From: Octopus bimaculoides
Lineage: Eukaryota
Length of the DNA: 64,000 bases
NCBI RefSeq assembly: GCF_001194135.2
Contig: NC_068982.1
Location: forward strand, 131,166,330-131,230,329
Direction: 5' to 3'
In this document: positions 23,517 to 38,533 of the stretch, piece after piece
Numbering within the stretch: the first letter of the stretch is position 1
Layout: the number at the start of each line of letters is the position of its first letter
Program-made: the position numbers and the translations under genes
Notes under the pieces: model-generated
Seen by the model: only the letters and a program-made list of their open reading frames with translations
What the model was told of the DNA's origin: nothing
Databases searched by the model: none

Positions 23517-23730
23517 CTGCAAAGAGAGAAACAAAAACTAATTTAAAATAACATTAAGATTATTAAAACAAAAAACAAAAATAATATTAGGACTAATATA
23601 AATATTCCACTGTCCTATTTTTATTATTTGAGAAATATATTATAGTAGTTGTACAACATACAGAAATCAAATATTTCGTTTTATGAGATGGTAGGTGGCA
23701 GGCATATCATTGTTTTTTTGTAAAGAATGT

Positions 23731-23776
<46 letters not shown>

Positions 23777-24431
23777 TGAATTGAAATATCTCCTGACCCT
23801 GAGACCCAATGTTTAGTTCCTGTTTTATGGTGTGAAACATATCTTTTACTGGACAGAACTTCAGTCAACATTCTCATATGAGTCGGTGCCTGTTCTCACA
23901 GTTGATAACTGAGACACATAGAAGAAAGTGTTTTGCTTAGAAACCCAATAGCCTCATGTCAGAATAGTGATTTCATAGGGGATTGACAATCCTGTTGGCA
24001 ATCAACACAGCCATTTCACCTTCTATTAGATACTGCAGAGAACATACAATAGCATATGCCATTGGTGGTACTGCTGATGGTCAACAGTCACAGATGTTAC
24101 AACTACAACTGGGTTAAGCACACCACCAATGATTCTCAGCCTATTTCTTTTATTTATTCCCTCATCTTGCTGTATTTCACAATTCAACCTCATTACTCCC
24201 ACACAAAAAATATGACCTAAATAAACATAGAGCAATTAATACAATTTGTCACAATTTCCTAGTAATCTCCCACCTCTGAAACAAAAAGATGTGTAACTTT
24301 AAAAATATAATTTAATCAACTTTGTAAACTGACTCATGTTCTTTTACTAATTTCAGTCATTGAATTTCAGCCATACTGTGGTACTGCCTTTTAAAAGTTT
24401 AGTCAGCCATATCCAACCAAGCACTATTTTT

Positions 24432-24640
24432 AAGGCAGTGAGCTGGCAGAATCATTAGAACGCTTCCTGGTATTTCATATGTCTTCACATTCTGAATTCA
24501 AATACCACCAGGGTTGATTTGCCTTTCATCCTTTTGGGGGGTCAATAGATTAAGTACAAGTGAAATTCTGGGGTTGATGCAATCAACTAGTCCCCTCCCC
24601 CAAAACTTCAGGTCTTGTGCCAATAATAAAAAGGACTATT
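24432..24640 (+). mobile_element. SINE family A
   Basis: aaggcagtgagctggcagaatcattag..gcctttcatccttttggggggtcaatagattaagtac..caaaacttcaggtcttgtgcc. Confidence 0.8.
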
Positions 24641-24699
24641 TTTAAGACTGATGTTGTCAAGCCAATAAGTCTTGAGACATAAGCATAAACACACATACA

Positions 24700-24850
24700 A
24701 CACACATGAAAGACTTCCATACAATTTCACTCAGAAAACTTTGGTATAAGTTAAGTTAGAGAAAACACTTGCCCAAGGTATCACACAGAGAGACTGAACC
24801 CAAAACCACATGGTTGCTAAGTGAATTTTTTAACAATACAGCTATGCATG
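24700..24850 (-). mobile_element. SINE family B, 5' part
   Basis: aaaacacttgcccaaggtatcacacagagagactgaacccaaaaccacatggttg. Confidence 0.65.
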
Positions 24851-24934
24851 ATCTGATATCATTTACATCCAGTCATGCAAAATTTTTGCCTATAGGAAAT
24901 AAATTTCCCTTGGATGAGAATCATTGTTCAATAC

Positions 24935-25189
24935 CATTGGTTCTCAACATTTTTTACCAATGGACCTCTTTGATTCCTATTTTACTCAAGTGAACCCCAC
25001 AGCCATTCAATGCTTAAAAAATCATATATTTTTATAATGAAATATTATTAGGAATCATACAAAAAAAAAATTGTTACAATATTTTCTGTATTATAGAAGT
25101 ATAACCAATTAAAGCACATAAATATTAACAGCAAAATCTTACATGTATCCCCACCCCAAGGGTTATATAGACTCAGTTGAGAACCACTG
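24935..25189. mobile_element. hAT/Charlie-like MITE, 255 bp
   Basis: TIRs cattggttctcaac and gttgagaaccactg (1 mismatch in 14). Flanks ttcaatac and ctctacac match at 5 of 8 positions (eroded TSD). Confidence 0.7.
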
Positions 25190-26620
25190 CTCTACACAAA
25201 GAAATTCTTGTCAACCTGCAATGAATTCTTAGATTCTATGGTGTCGTCCACCCCTATCATTAGAAAGTAGTATTACTACTAAGAGATACTGACTTTAACA
25301 CTGGACACACCAAATCATGTAACATTTGCAACACAGATTCAACAAATGACAAACATATCATTTTTAATCATTCCCATAAAAACTAACTCTCACATTTAAA
25401 GTATTTATCATAATACCTAGAGGGACTGAAAAGGGAAGTTGACCCTGGCAAGATTTAGCTCAGTGAGAAATCACATTAGATTTAGTAAATCCTCTAGTCT
25501 GGTGGTCTGCAGTCTGCCTTTATTTTAGCAGAATAGAAATGAGAAGATTGTTCATGCCATACCTAATAGGATTAGTACTACTAAGAAAAGTTTCAAACTG
25601 GCTTCCATTAACTGAAATAAGAGAGTATTTATTTCTGTTTTTAAGACCCACAGTTTTATAGATTCTGTTTCACTGTCCTCTGAGATTTCACATTTGTAGG
25701 AGCAACTGATATATCAATAAACAGACTAGAAATTATAAGAAATTAGATCCATAACAACTAATTTCAACATTTACTGAGAAAATCTGACCATACAATATAT
25801 AACTGAAGCTGATAACTCTCGTATCTAAAAGAGTTAAAGAACCTGATCTACATGTAGAATGAAAAATGAAAAAGAATAACATCCTTGTCAGGAAGGTTAA
25901 TCAATCAGTGATAGGTACTCTAGATTAAGAAAATTCTAAACAATTAACTGTATTTATCATGCTTGTTTGTGTAGTAACATGGACTAAAAATGAAAATGAG
26001 GATGTGAGGTTGGGAATTAATGACAACACTAGACAATTCAGGTTTGATAATCTTTATCTCTTCTGAAGGCTATCCCCATGGCCGTTTTTATTTTCATGCT
26101 ATCCTGAACTGTGGAAGACATGTAGCTAGGTAAGGCTTATCTGTACTTAATATAGATTAATTAATAGAAGAAAAGCACAACAAAAAACAACAAATATCCA
26201 CATTAGTAGACAAACAAAGTTTTGCAGTAAAGTACAGAAGCAATAAAAGAGTATAGTGTGTGTACCATCATCAAGTTGGTTGCAAACTTCAGAGGACCAG
26301 CAGTCAATTTAGTTATAATAGAAGAGGCCAGGACTATGCAACCAATCAGTGGTCTAGCTATTGAAAAGTATTTGTCAGTATGGGTGTATTGCGTGAAGAA
26401 GAATACTGTTTAATAGTATTCTTCTATATTGAGATTGTTGAGAGTGTAGTAGCTATTCAGAGTTAAAATGATTGTTGTTGTTGTTGTCATTATTATTTGA
26501 AGAGAGAAAGCTAACCTTCAAGCTATAAATTTAATGATTTGGAGAATGTAGGGAGTCCTCCTGAGAGTTTGTTAGAAATTGTTGAACATAGATTCTTGTC
26601 AGGAGTATGATGATTACAAT

Positions 26621-26692
<72 letters not shown>

Positions 26693-29600
26693 TCAGTAAA
26701 TAGTGGGGTTGTGTTAACCGCACGTGGAAAAATAGGAAAATGAAAAATAATAATAAGGCAGAATGCTAAACTGGAAGCATATTTTAATAAAGATTTCTAA
26801 CCGGCTTTCATTGCATAGTAAATTTTCTAGAGGGAGAATGAAAATTTTTTTTACAAAGAAGTACAAAATGAAGAAAATAATATATAAAAAAATAAATATA
26901 CCAATACATTATATTGTCTTTGAGCTTTTAAAGTTCAATGGTAGTTCATGTATATAATGGTTGGAAAAATAAGGATGCATGAGAATTNNNNNNNNNNNNN
27001 NNNNNNNNNNNNNNNNNNNNNNNNNNNNNNNNNNNNNNNNNNNNNNNNNNNNNNNNNNNNNNNNNNNNNNNNNNNNNNNNNNNNNNNNNNNNNNNNNNNN
27101 NNNNNNNNNNNNNNNNNNNNNNNNNNNNNNNNNNNNNNNNNNNNNNNNNNNNNNNNNNNNNNNNNNNNNNNNNNNNNNNNNNNNNNNNNNNNNNNNNNNN
27201 NNNNNNNNNNNNNNNNNNNNNNNNNNNNNNNNNNNNNNNNNNNNNNNNNNNNNNNNNNNNNNNNNNNNNNNNNNNNNNNNNNNNNNNNNNNNNNNNNNNN
27301 NNNNNNNNNNNNNNNNNNNNNNNNNNNNNNNNNNNNNNNNNNNNNNNNNNNNNNNNNNNNNNNNNNNNNNNNNNNNNNNNNNNNNNNNNNNNNNNNNNNN
27401 NNNNNNNNNNNNNNNNNNNNNNNNNNNNNNNNNNNNNNNNNNNNNNNNNNNNNNNNNNNNNNNNNNNNNNNNNNNNNNNNNNNNNNNNNNNNNNNNNNNN
27501 NNNNNNNNNNNNNNNNNNNNNNNNNNNNNNNNNTATATATATATATATTATATATATATATATTAATGATAATGAAATATACATTGTGTACTTTCTTTTA
27601 TCATGTTTAGTGTCTCAGTTGTGATGCTATTTCAGAGATCTCTATCCAAAATATCTACAGATCAGATTATGCATCATGCAGTGGGTTGATCTACAAAATA
27701 ACCTTTCAATAGAGGTTTTTGGTTTCCTGTGGAGCCCCTCTAGTCAGGCACTTTTAAAAGAAGATTCCCTTGGTAAACATAGTTAGCAGGTGTCAAGGGA
27801 AACAATGTTAGTTTTGGTAAAGTACTTGGAGATGGCAAACAACTTGTGTGTGTGTGTGTATGTGTGTATGAGAGAGAGAGAGATTGATTGAGGCATTATT
27901 GGTTAATATACTTAGTTATTCTTTTCAATATTGTGTAGGGGTTTTCAGCAGACATGAACACACACATACATGTGTGCACGTGTGTGTGTGTATGTGTGTG
28001 CACATGTGCACCTCAAATCTCATCCTAATGTGATTATTAGTCAACACCTAACCTGACTAATACAAAACTCTAGATGAACTGATACTAACAACAAACTAAA
28101 ACCTTGATCTAGATTCGATTAGTTATAAGACTCTTATAATCCCATAACCATATAATTAAATAATGGCCAACAGAAACAATTATAACTAGACCTGGATCCA
28201 TATCATGCAAAGGAAAGCTCCTACTTATTTTGTAGGATCCAAACTAGTGATTGCTCCAGAGGGTTAAGAGAGTGAAGGTGCTGAGTGAATTGATCATTTA
28301 TGAATGACATCACCATTGGATTAACAGCAATAAGACAGCAGGTAGGTGGCAGCAGGGTTTAAAAAGTTGTAAAATGTTGAACAAAGGAAGAAAAAGGGAA
28401 GTAGAATGCATGATAAATAACTAGACACAACCACACACACATTTGAATTAAAAATTAGATGACAAAATTAACCACATGACAATAAATACTTAATCACTTA
28501 ACTATCAAAAGCTAGTAAAACTAATAGAGATCCTTAATCTTATCTCTCTCTCTCTCTCTCTCTCTCTATCATATACACCTATTTAGTGTTAATTTGCATA
28601 CATATAAATTTCAAAAAAGGATAAAAAGCTTGGGAGGTGGAAATTTACACCAGATTGCTTAATAGAAAGTAAATGAAAGCTGAGTTTTCAGTCAATATGT
28701 CTGCTAAAAAGATTCAAGTGGGGAGTGGGGGGAGAAATCAATCAATAGCTAGAAATAGAAAAGAGAGAGAGAAAGAGAGAGATAAGCTAGTGTATGAAGT
28801 TTGACTTATTGTATTGGCTTGCATGTTTTACCAATTCAAGCGCGTACAGCTGCACTAGCTCTTTATTCCTGTTGCTGTACACATTCTCTATTTTCATTTT
28901 CTTTTTCCTCCTTATATTTTACTCGAGAGAAAAAAGCTGGGTGGTGAGCTTGTGAGTGAGTGTGTGCACGCGCGTGTGTGAATGAGAAAGCATGTGTGTG
29001 TAATGGAGATTATTGGTCAAGACCTATCAAATAGTCATTAAGTCCTAAAACAAGGCAAAAAAAAAAACAGAAAATGTCAAATTGACTAACTACAGTTTGA
29101 AATGACAAGAAGCAAATGATAAAAAAAAAAAGTGAAAGGAACAGAAGCAAGAGGGGGGAAAAATACACACACACACACACACACATGCATGTACACACCA
29201 TCAATGAATGCACATACTCAACAGCTATCAGTCGATGGGTGAAGGAGAGGAAGGTGATAAGGATGGCAGTGGGTGAAGTAATTAGTATAATCAATTTTCA
29301 AAGCTGAAGAACAGTTTTCAACTGTAACATACAAAGCTATGTAGCAATCACATTAATGGTTCCATGTGTTGTGGTAAACTTTAAAAGAGATATGACATGA
29401 AAGTTAAGAGCTCTTTTCAGCTCAGTCACTTCTTCACCCAACCCCCACCAATCCTCACTGCCCACCAATGCCTTTCTCTCTAATGCTCTTTGCAAAAGCT
29501 AGGTATAAGGCCAATTTGAGGTGAGGAGGAGAGGGAAGAGATGATAGAGTTGATTAAATCAGCCCTTAGTATGTTCCTGGTATTTATTCTCATCAACCTA

Positions 29601-30207
29601 GCATAGATGAAATGACAAATAGGCCATGTGTAATTAGATGCACAAATATTTGTTTCTGTGTGTGGGTGTGTGTAACCATGATAATCATTCAATTAATACT
29701 ACAAAAAAAAAGAAGTCTTATTAGCATAATAAAAATAGTTTTCTTTCTTCTATTTAATAGAATTTTAAAAAATAAACAATGGGAAGTTTATTTTTTTATT
29801 TTCATTTAAGATCACTAAATACAAAGACTAAAACAGTAAAATACAAAATTTTAAAGCAGTATGCCTAAAAATATATTTAAAACACACAAAACAACTATAT
29901 ATTTATATGAAAAAATATCCAAATGAAAATGACTGCTATAACTGAGATTAGACTGAGAGAGAAGAAAGGATGAACTCATTAGAAAAATGCATTTGCCGTG
30001 TGCATGTGTGGTTCATGCATGAGTGCATGCACATACACAAGAGAAGATCAATGCACTATGACAAATTGTAAGAGTATTTTCAAAATATTTTAAATATCAA
30101 TTCATGAACAAAAATGTCTAATTGAGTTGCAAATTATATCATTCAGGAAAATAAAATAAAATAAATGAAAACTTAATATGTCCAACAAGAAAGTCTTCTA
30201 AAATTAA

Positions 30208-30246
<39 letters not shown>

Positions 30247-30969
30247 TTAGAGCTAACGTTTCAAAAAAAACAATACATAAAACAAAATTTATTTTACTTG
30301 AAACAACTCCACAATAATAACAACACAGCGATAATTAAGAAAATAATAAGAAATCACTAAATTAGATGTTATTAAAAGTGAATTGTGGCTGTACTTTAAT
30401 TGCAAGAACAACAATACCGGAAATCAAGTCGGCACTCCCAGACACAGATAATTAATATCTGACCAAACTCAGTACTATGCAATGGTTAAGCAACCATTTA
30501 CATTTATCAGAAGCTTAAAGCATAATCTGCCTTTATTAATTTCAAAGAACAGCTTTAAAAATCCAAGTAAATTTGTAAATCTAAGTCAATATTATTCAGA
30601 AAAACATCCAACTAATAACCAGATGTAAGTTTTAAATTATGTCTTCAGCCTCCACCCACATCTATCTGCAGTCATTTTGTTGTTTAACTCCAGGTCAAAC
30701 AACCTGATGATCAAAGGGATTCCAGCTATAACTATCCCATCCTTTTGAATGCTAGGGACTACACTGTCCAGTGCATCCTTCTTAGATTATAGGTAGTGGT
30801 TTGAGGACGATACAGTTGCTTTTTCAAGCAGATCGGCACTTTCATTGGCTGTTTTTCACACAATAGCAACCACCTCAGTTAAACTATTTTTACAAATACA
30901 TTTTATTCATATCTCATGTCATAACCATACATACATACATACGTATGTATGTATATGTATATATATATT

Positions 30970-31125
30970 TGATATATTTCAGCAAATGTTTTCTACTATA
31001 GCCTGAGGCCAACCGAGGCTTTGTGAGTGGATTTGGTAGATGAAAGGTGACAGAAGCCTGTTGTGTGAGCGTGTGTATGTATGTGTGTGTATATAAAAAT
31101 ATGTATGTATGTATGTATGTATGTA

Positions 31126-31162
<37 letters not shown>

Positions 31163-31990
31163 TAAAGACCCCACTTCGGTCATGAATGACCATGGGATTG
31201 CACCTAGAAAGTTACCCTCTGAGGCACAAGTTTGAGCAAGGTTGTTTGGAAGACCAGCAGTGCATACCAGCCTCCCCTCTCTATGCCACTGAGGTTATAC
31301 AAGGGAAAGGCAAAAGCTGATACAGCTTGGCACCAATGATGTCACAACTCATTTCTATAGCTGAGTTAACTGGAGCAACAAGAAATAAAGTGTCTTGCTC
31401 AAGAACACAACACACAGTCCAATCCAGGAAACAAACTGACTGCAGCATGAGTGTGAGCTCGACACTCTAATGACTGAGCCATGCACCTATTATATATGTA
31501 TGTGTGTGTGTGTCTTTGTTTGTTCCCCACCACCACTTAACAACTGGTGTTGGTGTGTTTACATCCCTGTAACTTAATGGTTCAGTAAAAGAGTCCACTA
31601 GAATAAGTACCAGGCTTAAAACATCTCAGGGTTGATTTCTACAACTGGAAAAACCCTTCAAGGCAGTGCCCCAGCATTGCCATGGCCAATACCTTTGGCA
31701 TTATGTTGTACTTGAGAAGAAGACCCATCAAGCCAAGTAAAATTGCAGTCGTGACAGATACCGGTGTCACACAAATGGCACCCATGCTGGTGGCACGTAA
31801 AAGTACCTTTCAAGCATTGATCCTCATGGAGGCCAGGATCAAGAACATTTCGGATTATGCCAGGCTTCGAGCATTGGGCCTCATGGAGACAATGACCGAG
31901 TCCATTTGTCATTAGAAGAAGAAAACCCATCAAACCAAGTAAAACCGCAGTCGTGGCAGATACTGGTGTCATGCAAAGCTGGCATGGTTT
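30970..31990. mobile_element. Nested retroposon cluster: SINE B middle (30970-31060), minus-strand tRNA SINE (about 31170-31488), SINE B tail (about 31490-31690), duplicated RTE 3'UTR unit (about 31716-31990)
   Basis: Family B motifs on both sides of an inverted SINE, then two copies of catcaa(g/a)ccaagtaaaa..gcagtcgtg(a/g)cagatac(c/t)ggtgtca. A related string occurs in the RTE 3'UTR near 50660. Confidence 0.65.
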
Positions 31991-32029
31991 CTATAGTTGG
32001 ATGCTGTTTTTAAAACCAACAACATCACA

Positions 32030-32070
<41 letters not shown>

Positions 32071-32454
32071 CATAGGCAAATGATTTAGAAGTTTGTTTCA
32101 CAATCATGACGTTCTGGCTTTGATCTTCTTAAATGGCATCTTGTGCAAGAGTCTTCTACTATAGTCTCAAGTCAACCCGAGCTATGTAAATGAAATTCTC
32201 TAGACAGAAATTGTGAGGAAGACCATGAAATGAATTGTTTCAGGGATCCAAAGGTCCAGCTTTGTCACAGTTGTGAGACACTGATACAGCCTGGAAATCA
32301 TGTTAAGGGGACATATGTCTGCGAATTAATACACACCATTTATATATTAATTCAATGAGTAGGTAGGGTAACTTAGATAATTAAACAACCAAATACATGT
32401 TGTTAAAACTAGTAGAGACTCATTTACATTCTGTTGTGTATATATACATATATA

Positions 32455-32660
32455 TATATCACCATCATCTAGGGTCCATCTATGATGGCGTAGGTTGAAC
32501 AGTTCAAAAGCATCTGAAATATCAGAGACTTGCATTGTGTTCCGATGTCTGCTTTGATATGGTTTCTACAGCTGGATTCCCATTCTAATACCAGTCACTT
32601 TACATAGTGTACTGTTTTTTTTTGTCTTTTTTTTTCAGGGCACCAGCACTAGTGAATATC
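32455..32660 (-). mobile_element. Diverged RTE-tail element
   Basis: atggtttctacagctggattcccattctaataccagtcactttaca. Confidence 0.55.
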
Positions 32661-34347
32661 AATTTGTAGCATGTAAGACCAACAGCCTAAAGTGACCCTA
32701 TAACTGAATAAGAAATAGAAGGGAGAGAATGCCACCATGATTATAGGCAGAGATGAAATGAGCGCAACAGACTTATAGTTGTGCACACACACACACACAC
32801 ACAGTCACTTTGCAACCATAGAGTTCGAGGTTCAATCTTACTGCACAACATTCTGGATAAATGCTTTTCAGTGCTTTGGGGAACTCAAGCCTTCTGAGTA
32901 AATTTGGGTAGATGAAACCCGTTGGATGGATTGTACTTGTAATTCGAATGTTTAGCCTTATCACACTGTTTTTCTGATTCCATTTGAGAATTACACTAAA
33001 GGTACACACATCAGTATAATATTCAGTCACTTAACATGCTAATTCACCCAGGATGTTCTTATGTCAAAAGCCCACCATTAAATAATATAGATAGGTAGGT
33101 AGATAGAGTAATAGACAGACAGCTACACACACACACACACACACATGAATGACATGATTAATAACACAGAAGCTTCAAAGAGTCTTTGTAATCAAGTCAC
33201 CTAGAAATATGCTCACCCAAATCTTTTACATTTTTCTCTCTACAATGTGTTACACTGAATTTATTCTTTGATCATATTCAGGTAGAGCTTTATTTCAAAG
33301 TCAAATCTGTTGATTCAGATTTGAACATGCAGCCACAGTTCCTCAGTAACAGACACTAAATAGGTAAAACTATAATTTCTTGTAAACTTTCAACTTGACA
33401 CCAAACACATATTTTTAGAGTCTGCCTTTATGTCCAAAAGAGTATGTGAAGAAATAAAGCTCTAAGAGACATAAAAAGAGAAGAAAAAAAAAGAATGATC
33501 ACAATATACCACAGATAAGAACATAAAATACAACACTGTTTCAGTGAGAGTTCTTATACAAAAACTAATTTGATAAAAGAGAAAGAAAAAAAACTTATAT
33601 TTTACTTAAGAAATAAAAGAAAAAAAAAACATTTGCTATGCCTTTGATTAGTTAGATGATTTTTCAACATTGAGAAAAGAGTGAGCTTTTTATGTTGAAT
33701 ATCATGATACTTATTTAAAAAAAAAAAAGAATTTTATAAAAAAATTAATAAATTCTAGAATCTGTTTCTAAAAGTATAGTATTTTAATGAACTACCATTA
33801 GATTTGAAAATAAAACAAGCCTAAGTGAAAAGTATTTATATGTTGTTGTTTTTTCCAGTTTTTAATCAAATACTAGAGTAACAGATACACATAGTCTATA
33901 TAATAGCTGCATGTGTGTGTGTGTATAAATATAAATAACATGCAATATTTACATATACGCATTTGCAGACACATCTATATACATGTACATACACATATAT
34001 ACATACATACAGATACATATATATGTACACATACACATATGTATGCACATGTACATATATATACATATATAGACATACATATACAGATACACACACACAC
34101 ACACAGGCGAATGTACATGTGCATACACATACGCACATACTTTTAATTATCATTATTATTATTATTTTGGATCAACAAGTTACCAAATTGACTCAAGGAC
34201 TGAGATTTTCATGCATGGCACTTGATAAATGCCATGTACATAAGTCTTAGCCTTTGGGTCACTTTGGCAACCTTCTGCCAATTAGAACAAAACACATGTA
34301 CTGAGTTTTGTTTATTTGTTTAACCAAACACACACACACACACACAC

Positions 34348-34387
<40 letters not shown>

Positions 34388-34639
34388 CACATGACTATTG
34401 TTACACATATATTTGCACATATGTATACATGCATATCTATACACACACGCACACACACATATATATATACATACACATATATACATGTACATACACACAC
34501 ATATTTATACATATATATACTCATACATACTTATATGCATGCATACATATACACACAAATACACACAGGACAAACTTTTAATTGGTTAATCAAAGTCTCC
34601 ATAGAGTATCATGGGATATATCCAGTATTGGCAGGCACT

Positions 34640-34990
34640 AACTGTAGCTGTAGTGGTAATAATTGTAGAAGTAGTAGTAGTGGTAGGAGCAGTAGTAGTG
34701 ATGGTTGTGGTAGTTGTAGTAGATATCCAACTCAGCAAATCAGTGGTACAACTGCTGATACAGTATGAAACTGGTGACTACCAGCAATCATCCACTGACG
34801 TGCTGCGAAGAACAGTGATCTCATCATCAGGACGTTATTCATCACAAAACAGCCACAGTGCACCGTAAGATTCTAAACAAACAAACAGTCCTAGTTCTTG
34901 GCAGATGAAAAAAATCCAAAATAATAATAATGTTAATAACAAAAGAAGGAAACTTTTAAGTATGATACCATTTTGTCAATATTCTCCACA

Positions 34991-35035
<45 letters not shown>

Positions 35036-35100
35036 CAGTAGTAGTAGTAGTAGTAACAGTAGTAGTAGCAGCAGCAATAATAATAATAATAATAGCAGCC
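34640..35100. repeat. Degenerate and pure (GTA)n/(AGT)n trinucleotide tracts
   Basis: Read directly from the sequence. They produce the poly-S, poly-T and poly-V ORFs in the ORF track. Confidence 0.9.
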
Positions 35101-36354
35101 ATTGATAAACTATAACATTTTTTTTTCTTTATCAATACAGAAAGGAAAAAAAAAAAAAGACTAAAGGCTTCTGCAATGATGTGTCCTGTCAATAATGGTT
35201 ATTTGTACCTTTTTCTTTAAATGTATTTGATACAGTTTTAAAAAAAGGGGCTCATAATATATAAAGTATAAATGAGATTTGGGACAGTTGGGGGGATTCA
35301 CAGTTGAGTATGCATAAATATGTACGTATGTATAAATGCGTATGTGTGCTTATGTATGTAGGTGTGTGTGTATACGTATGTATGAATAGAATATTCACAG
35401 ATATTTGAAGAAAAGTGAGACTGATATTAACATGAGTTGGTATTAGTTAGAAACCCCCAAAATAGTCAATATTTCATAAAGTTTTACGCTGCCATTAGTG
35501 TTAATAAAAGGTGAAAACAAGTAGCAGAACACACACACACACACACGTATATACAAATATAAGCACAGTTGAAATAATCTATAAGAACTATCTATCTTTG
35601 AAACAAGACTTTGCCAGCACCTTGGAGATACAACAGTAATCTCAGACCTTACAAAAAACAAAAAAAAAAGAAAGAAAGAAAGAAAGAAAAAAAAATCATT
35701 CGGCCAAGATTCAAGGTGAGTCTGTTAAGCAAGCTGCTTGAGGGGGAAGAGGTGGAGGGAGAAAAAAAAAGAGACAGTGGTGAAGGAGGGGAGAGAGAGA
35801 GAGAGAAGGGAGAGGAGAGAGAAAGAGCAACTGATGGCTCCTGGAGAGCTGAGATGTGCTGGGGGAAGCGGGTTACTGGCTCCAAGGTGGAGGACATGGG
35901 GGAGGAGGAGCAGTGGTGGTGGGGGGAGGGAAAAGCTCTTGTAAAAGTTGATGTTAGCTTTGAACATGACGCGCACTGCAGAGAGGTGTACTTCCGGATT
36001 CCAATAAAAGGAAATATTTCTAATCATTCTCAACTTTCAATCAATACCTGCCCATTACAGCTATTAATAACATGGATTCTCTCAATGCATTACTTGTGCA
36101 AAGTTCATTCAGACAGCTCAAAAATAGACTCCATAAATTTTTAATCAGTACTGTCTATAAATGGAAAAATGTTGGAGATGACAGTAAAAAAAAAAAAAGC
36201 AAAAAAATTTCAAATAACAACGACCAGTTATAATGAAAGTAAAATAAAATAAAATAAAATGTTAAAAACAAAAGAAAAATAATTATGAAAAGAAAACAGA
36301 TATTTGAGCTAATAACCAATACATACAGTAGATGATGATAATCTTCTAATTAAG

Positions 36355-36490
36355 GCATAGGCCAGTAGTTTTCAGGTGTGGAAACTAGTCAATATCACTG
36401 ACTTCAGTACCAAACTGGTACCTTACTTTAGTGAGCTGAGTGGGATGAAAAGCGAAGTTGACCTCAATGAGATTCAGACATGGGCCACAC
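36355..36490 (-). mobile_element. SINE family A fragment
   Basis: gtaccaaactggtaccttacttt..gggatgaaaagcgaagttgacctc. Confidence 0.65.
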
Positions 36491-36859
36491 AGGGGACTTT
36501 AACACATCACTGCATTTCATCCTATGCCTTGATGAATTTGCCACCCATCATTTATTTTAATAATAATAATGATTTCTTTTATTTGCCACCAGGGCAAAGG
36601 ATACAAACACAGACATAAAGTGTGGGGATTTACATATAATGGAATGATAAAATAAAAAGTATACATGGTATATTTTAGAAGAAGCGAAGTATACATAGTA
36701 TATGACAATAGAAAAAGAATGGGGTGGGGAAGGATCATGATAGGATCCCCCTGATTTAGGAGGACCTCTAGGGATAATTAAGGAACCCCACCATCCAAGA
36801 TCACCATGAGTGCCAAGAATGAGAGCCCACTCCAACTACTTTCTTCCGACTCACAGGTC

Positions 36860-37074
36860 TACATAATAATAATAATGATTTCATTCATTTATAGGGAGAG
36901 TCAATTCAATTACAGTGATCCCAGTTCTTAACTGGTATATGTTACATTGACCCCTACCCCACCCAAAAGAATAAAAGGCAAAGTCAACTTTGGTGGCATT
37001 TGAATTCAAAATGTAAAACAAAACAAAAACAAAATGCTACTAAACATTTTGTCCAGTCTGCTAACAATTCTGCC

Positions 37075-37128
<54 letters not shown>

Positions 37129-37220
37129 GTGATGATAAAAATAATAAAAATAATAATAATAATAATAATAATGGTGATGATAAAAATAATAATAACAATA
37201 ATAATAATAATAATAATAAT
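36860..37220 (-). mobile_element. SINE family A followed by an (ATA)n tract with a duplicated ggtgatgataaaa unit
   Basis: ttgacccc..aaaggcaaagtcaactttggtggcatttgaattc..aattctgcc. Confidence 0.7.
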
Positions 37221-38361
37221 TTGTAATGGAGAGCTGACACTAAAATCAGAGGCTCTCAATCAGTGAATGGGTCAGTTATATGCAAACAGAAAGAAACCTG
37301 GTAAATTCTAAAACAAATATAAATAAAACAGAACAAACAATAGGTTTAATAATTTAAAGAAAGACTAACTATCCACTTTGGCTGGGAGGCAAACCCTAAT
37401 CACACACCTTAGCTCAAGAGAAATATGTCTTTTTACTGATAAGAACAGAGAGGAAAACTCAATTCAGATAACAATTCTAGGCGGGTTTTTACATTCACAT
37501 TTCTAAAGAATCACAACAAAATAGAATTTCAGAATTTTTTAAAATCTTTCGCTTCCCCTCTTTCTCCCTCTTTTAAATCTTTTAAATTTCATATAAAAGA
37601 CTTTGTTTTGTTTTGTTGTTGCTTTTTTTTTTAATGTTGAAAGTTTAAATAACAAAAGACGAGAGGCTCATTAAAAGATATCTTACTCTATCACCACAAG
37701 TTCACTGAAAATTAAAAAGGAAGTTGTAATGAAAGCTCAGTCTCAAATGCATAATTCCATTTCTCAAATTATGAAACTTAAGTCATAGAAGTCAGCCATT
37801 TCTGAGTTAAGCCTGCTCTTAAATGGGAGCTTTCATTTCTTCAATGAAGTGAACTTTTAACTAAGGTAAAAGAAAAATAAAATAAAAGTAAAATTTAAAA
37901 AATTAAATAAAAGACAAAAAAAAATTAATTTGAAAAGTACAAATAAATTAAATAAAAGAGAAATTTTTTTCCAAGAATGAAATGAAAAGGACAAAACAAT
38001 TATTTTTTCTCTTCTATTAGAGATATCTCAAATATGCAGATGACTGTTAGACTGAGCTGAGCCCCAACATGCAGACAGGGTGAGGGAAAGCATGTTTTAA
38101 CACTGGAGCTTATTAACTACAGAGATATAAAGTGGGGAAAGAGATTAGGTGTGTTTAATGGTAGGAAAGACTTGCTGAAGGAGGGGCTGCCTTAAATCCA
38201 TTACAGTATGGTTGTCTTCATTGATTTCTTTCAGGTTAGTCAAATCTAATTATTAATTTGGTCAAAATTAGAGCGACCATCTACCTGAAGAAGGAAAATA
38301 TATGTACAATATATATGTATAAATTCCATCCTAGAATTATTATTGTTATTATTATTATTAG

Positions 38362-38397
<36 letters not shown>

Positions 38398-38491
38398 AAG
38401 ACTGACTAGGAATAAGATGTGGAAGTGTTTGAAAAGTGAAGTATAGTGGTGAAATAAAGTAGCTGATGATTTAATTTTCTCCTCCAGTAGC

Positions 38492-38533
<42 letters not shown>

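Noticed and set aside
35611-36144. 177-aa K/E/G-rich ORF and the nearby G-rich stretch
   Set aside because: Purine-rich low-complexity sequence with no recognisable domain. The G-tracts are irregular, so a G-quadruplex is not well supported.
37077-37220. Regularly interrupted (ATA)n array superficially like repeat-spacer units
   Set aside because: A microsatellite with a duplicated interruption. There are no unique spacers or cas genes, and the DNA is eukaryotic.
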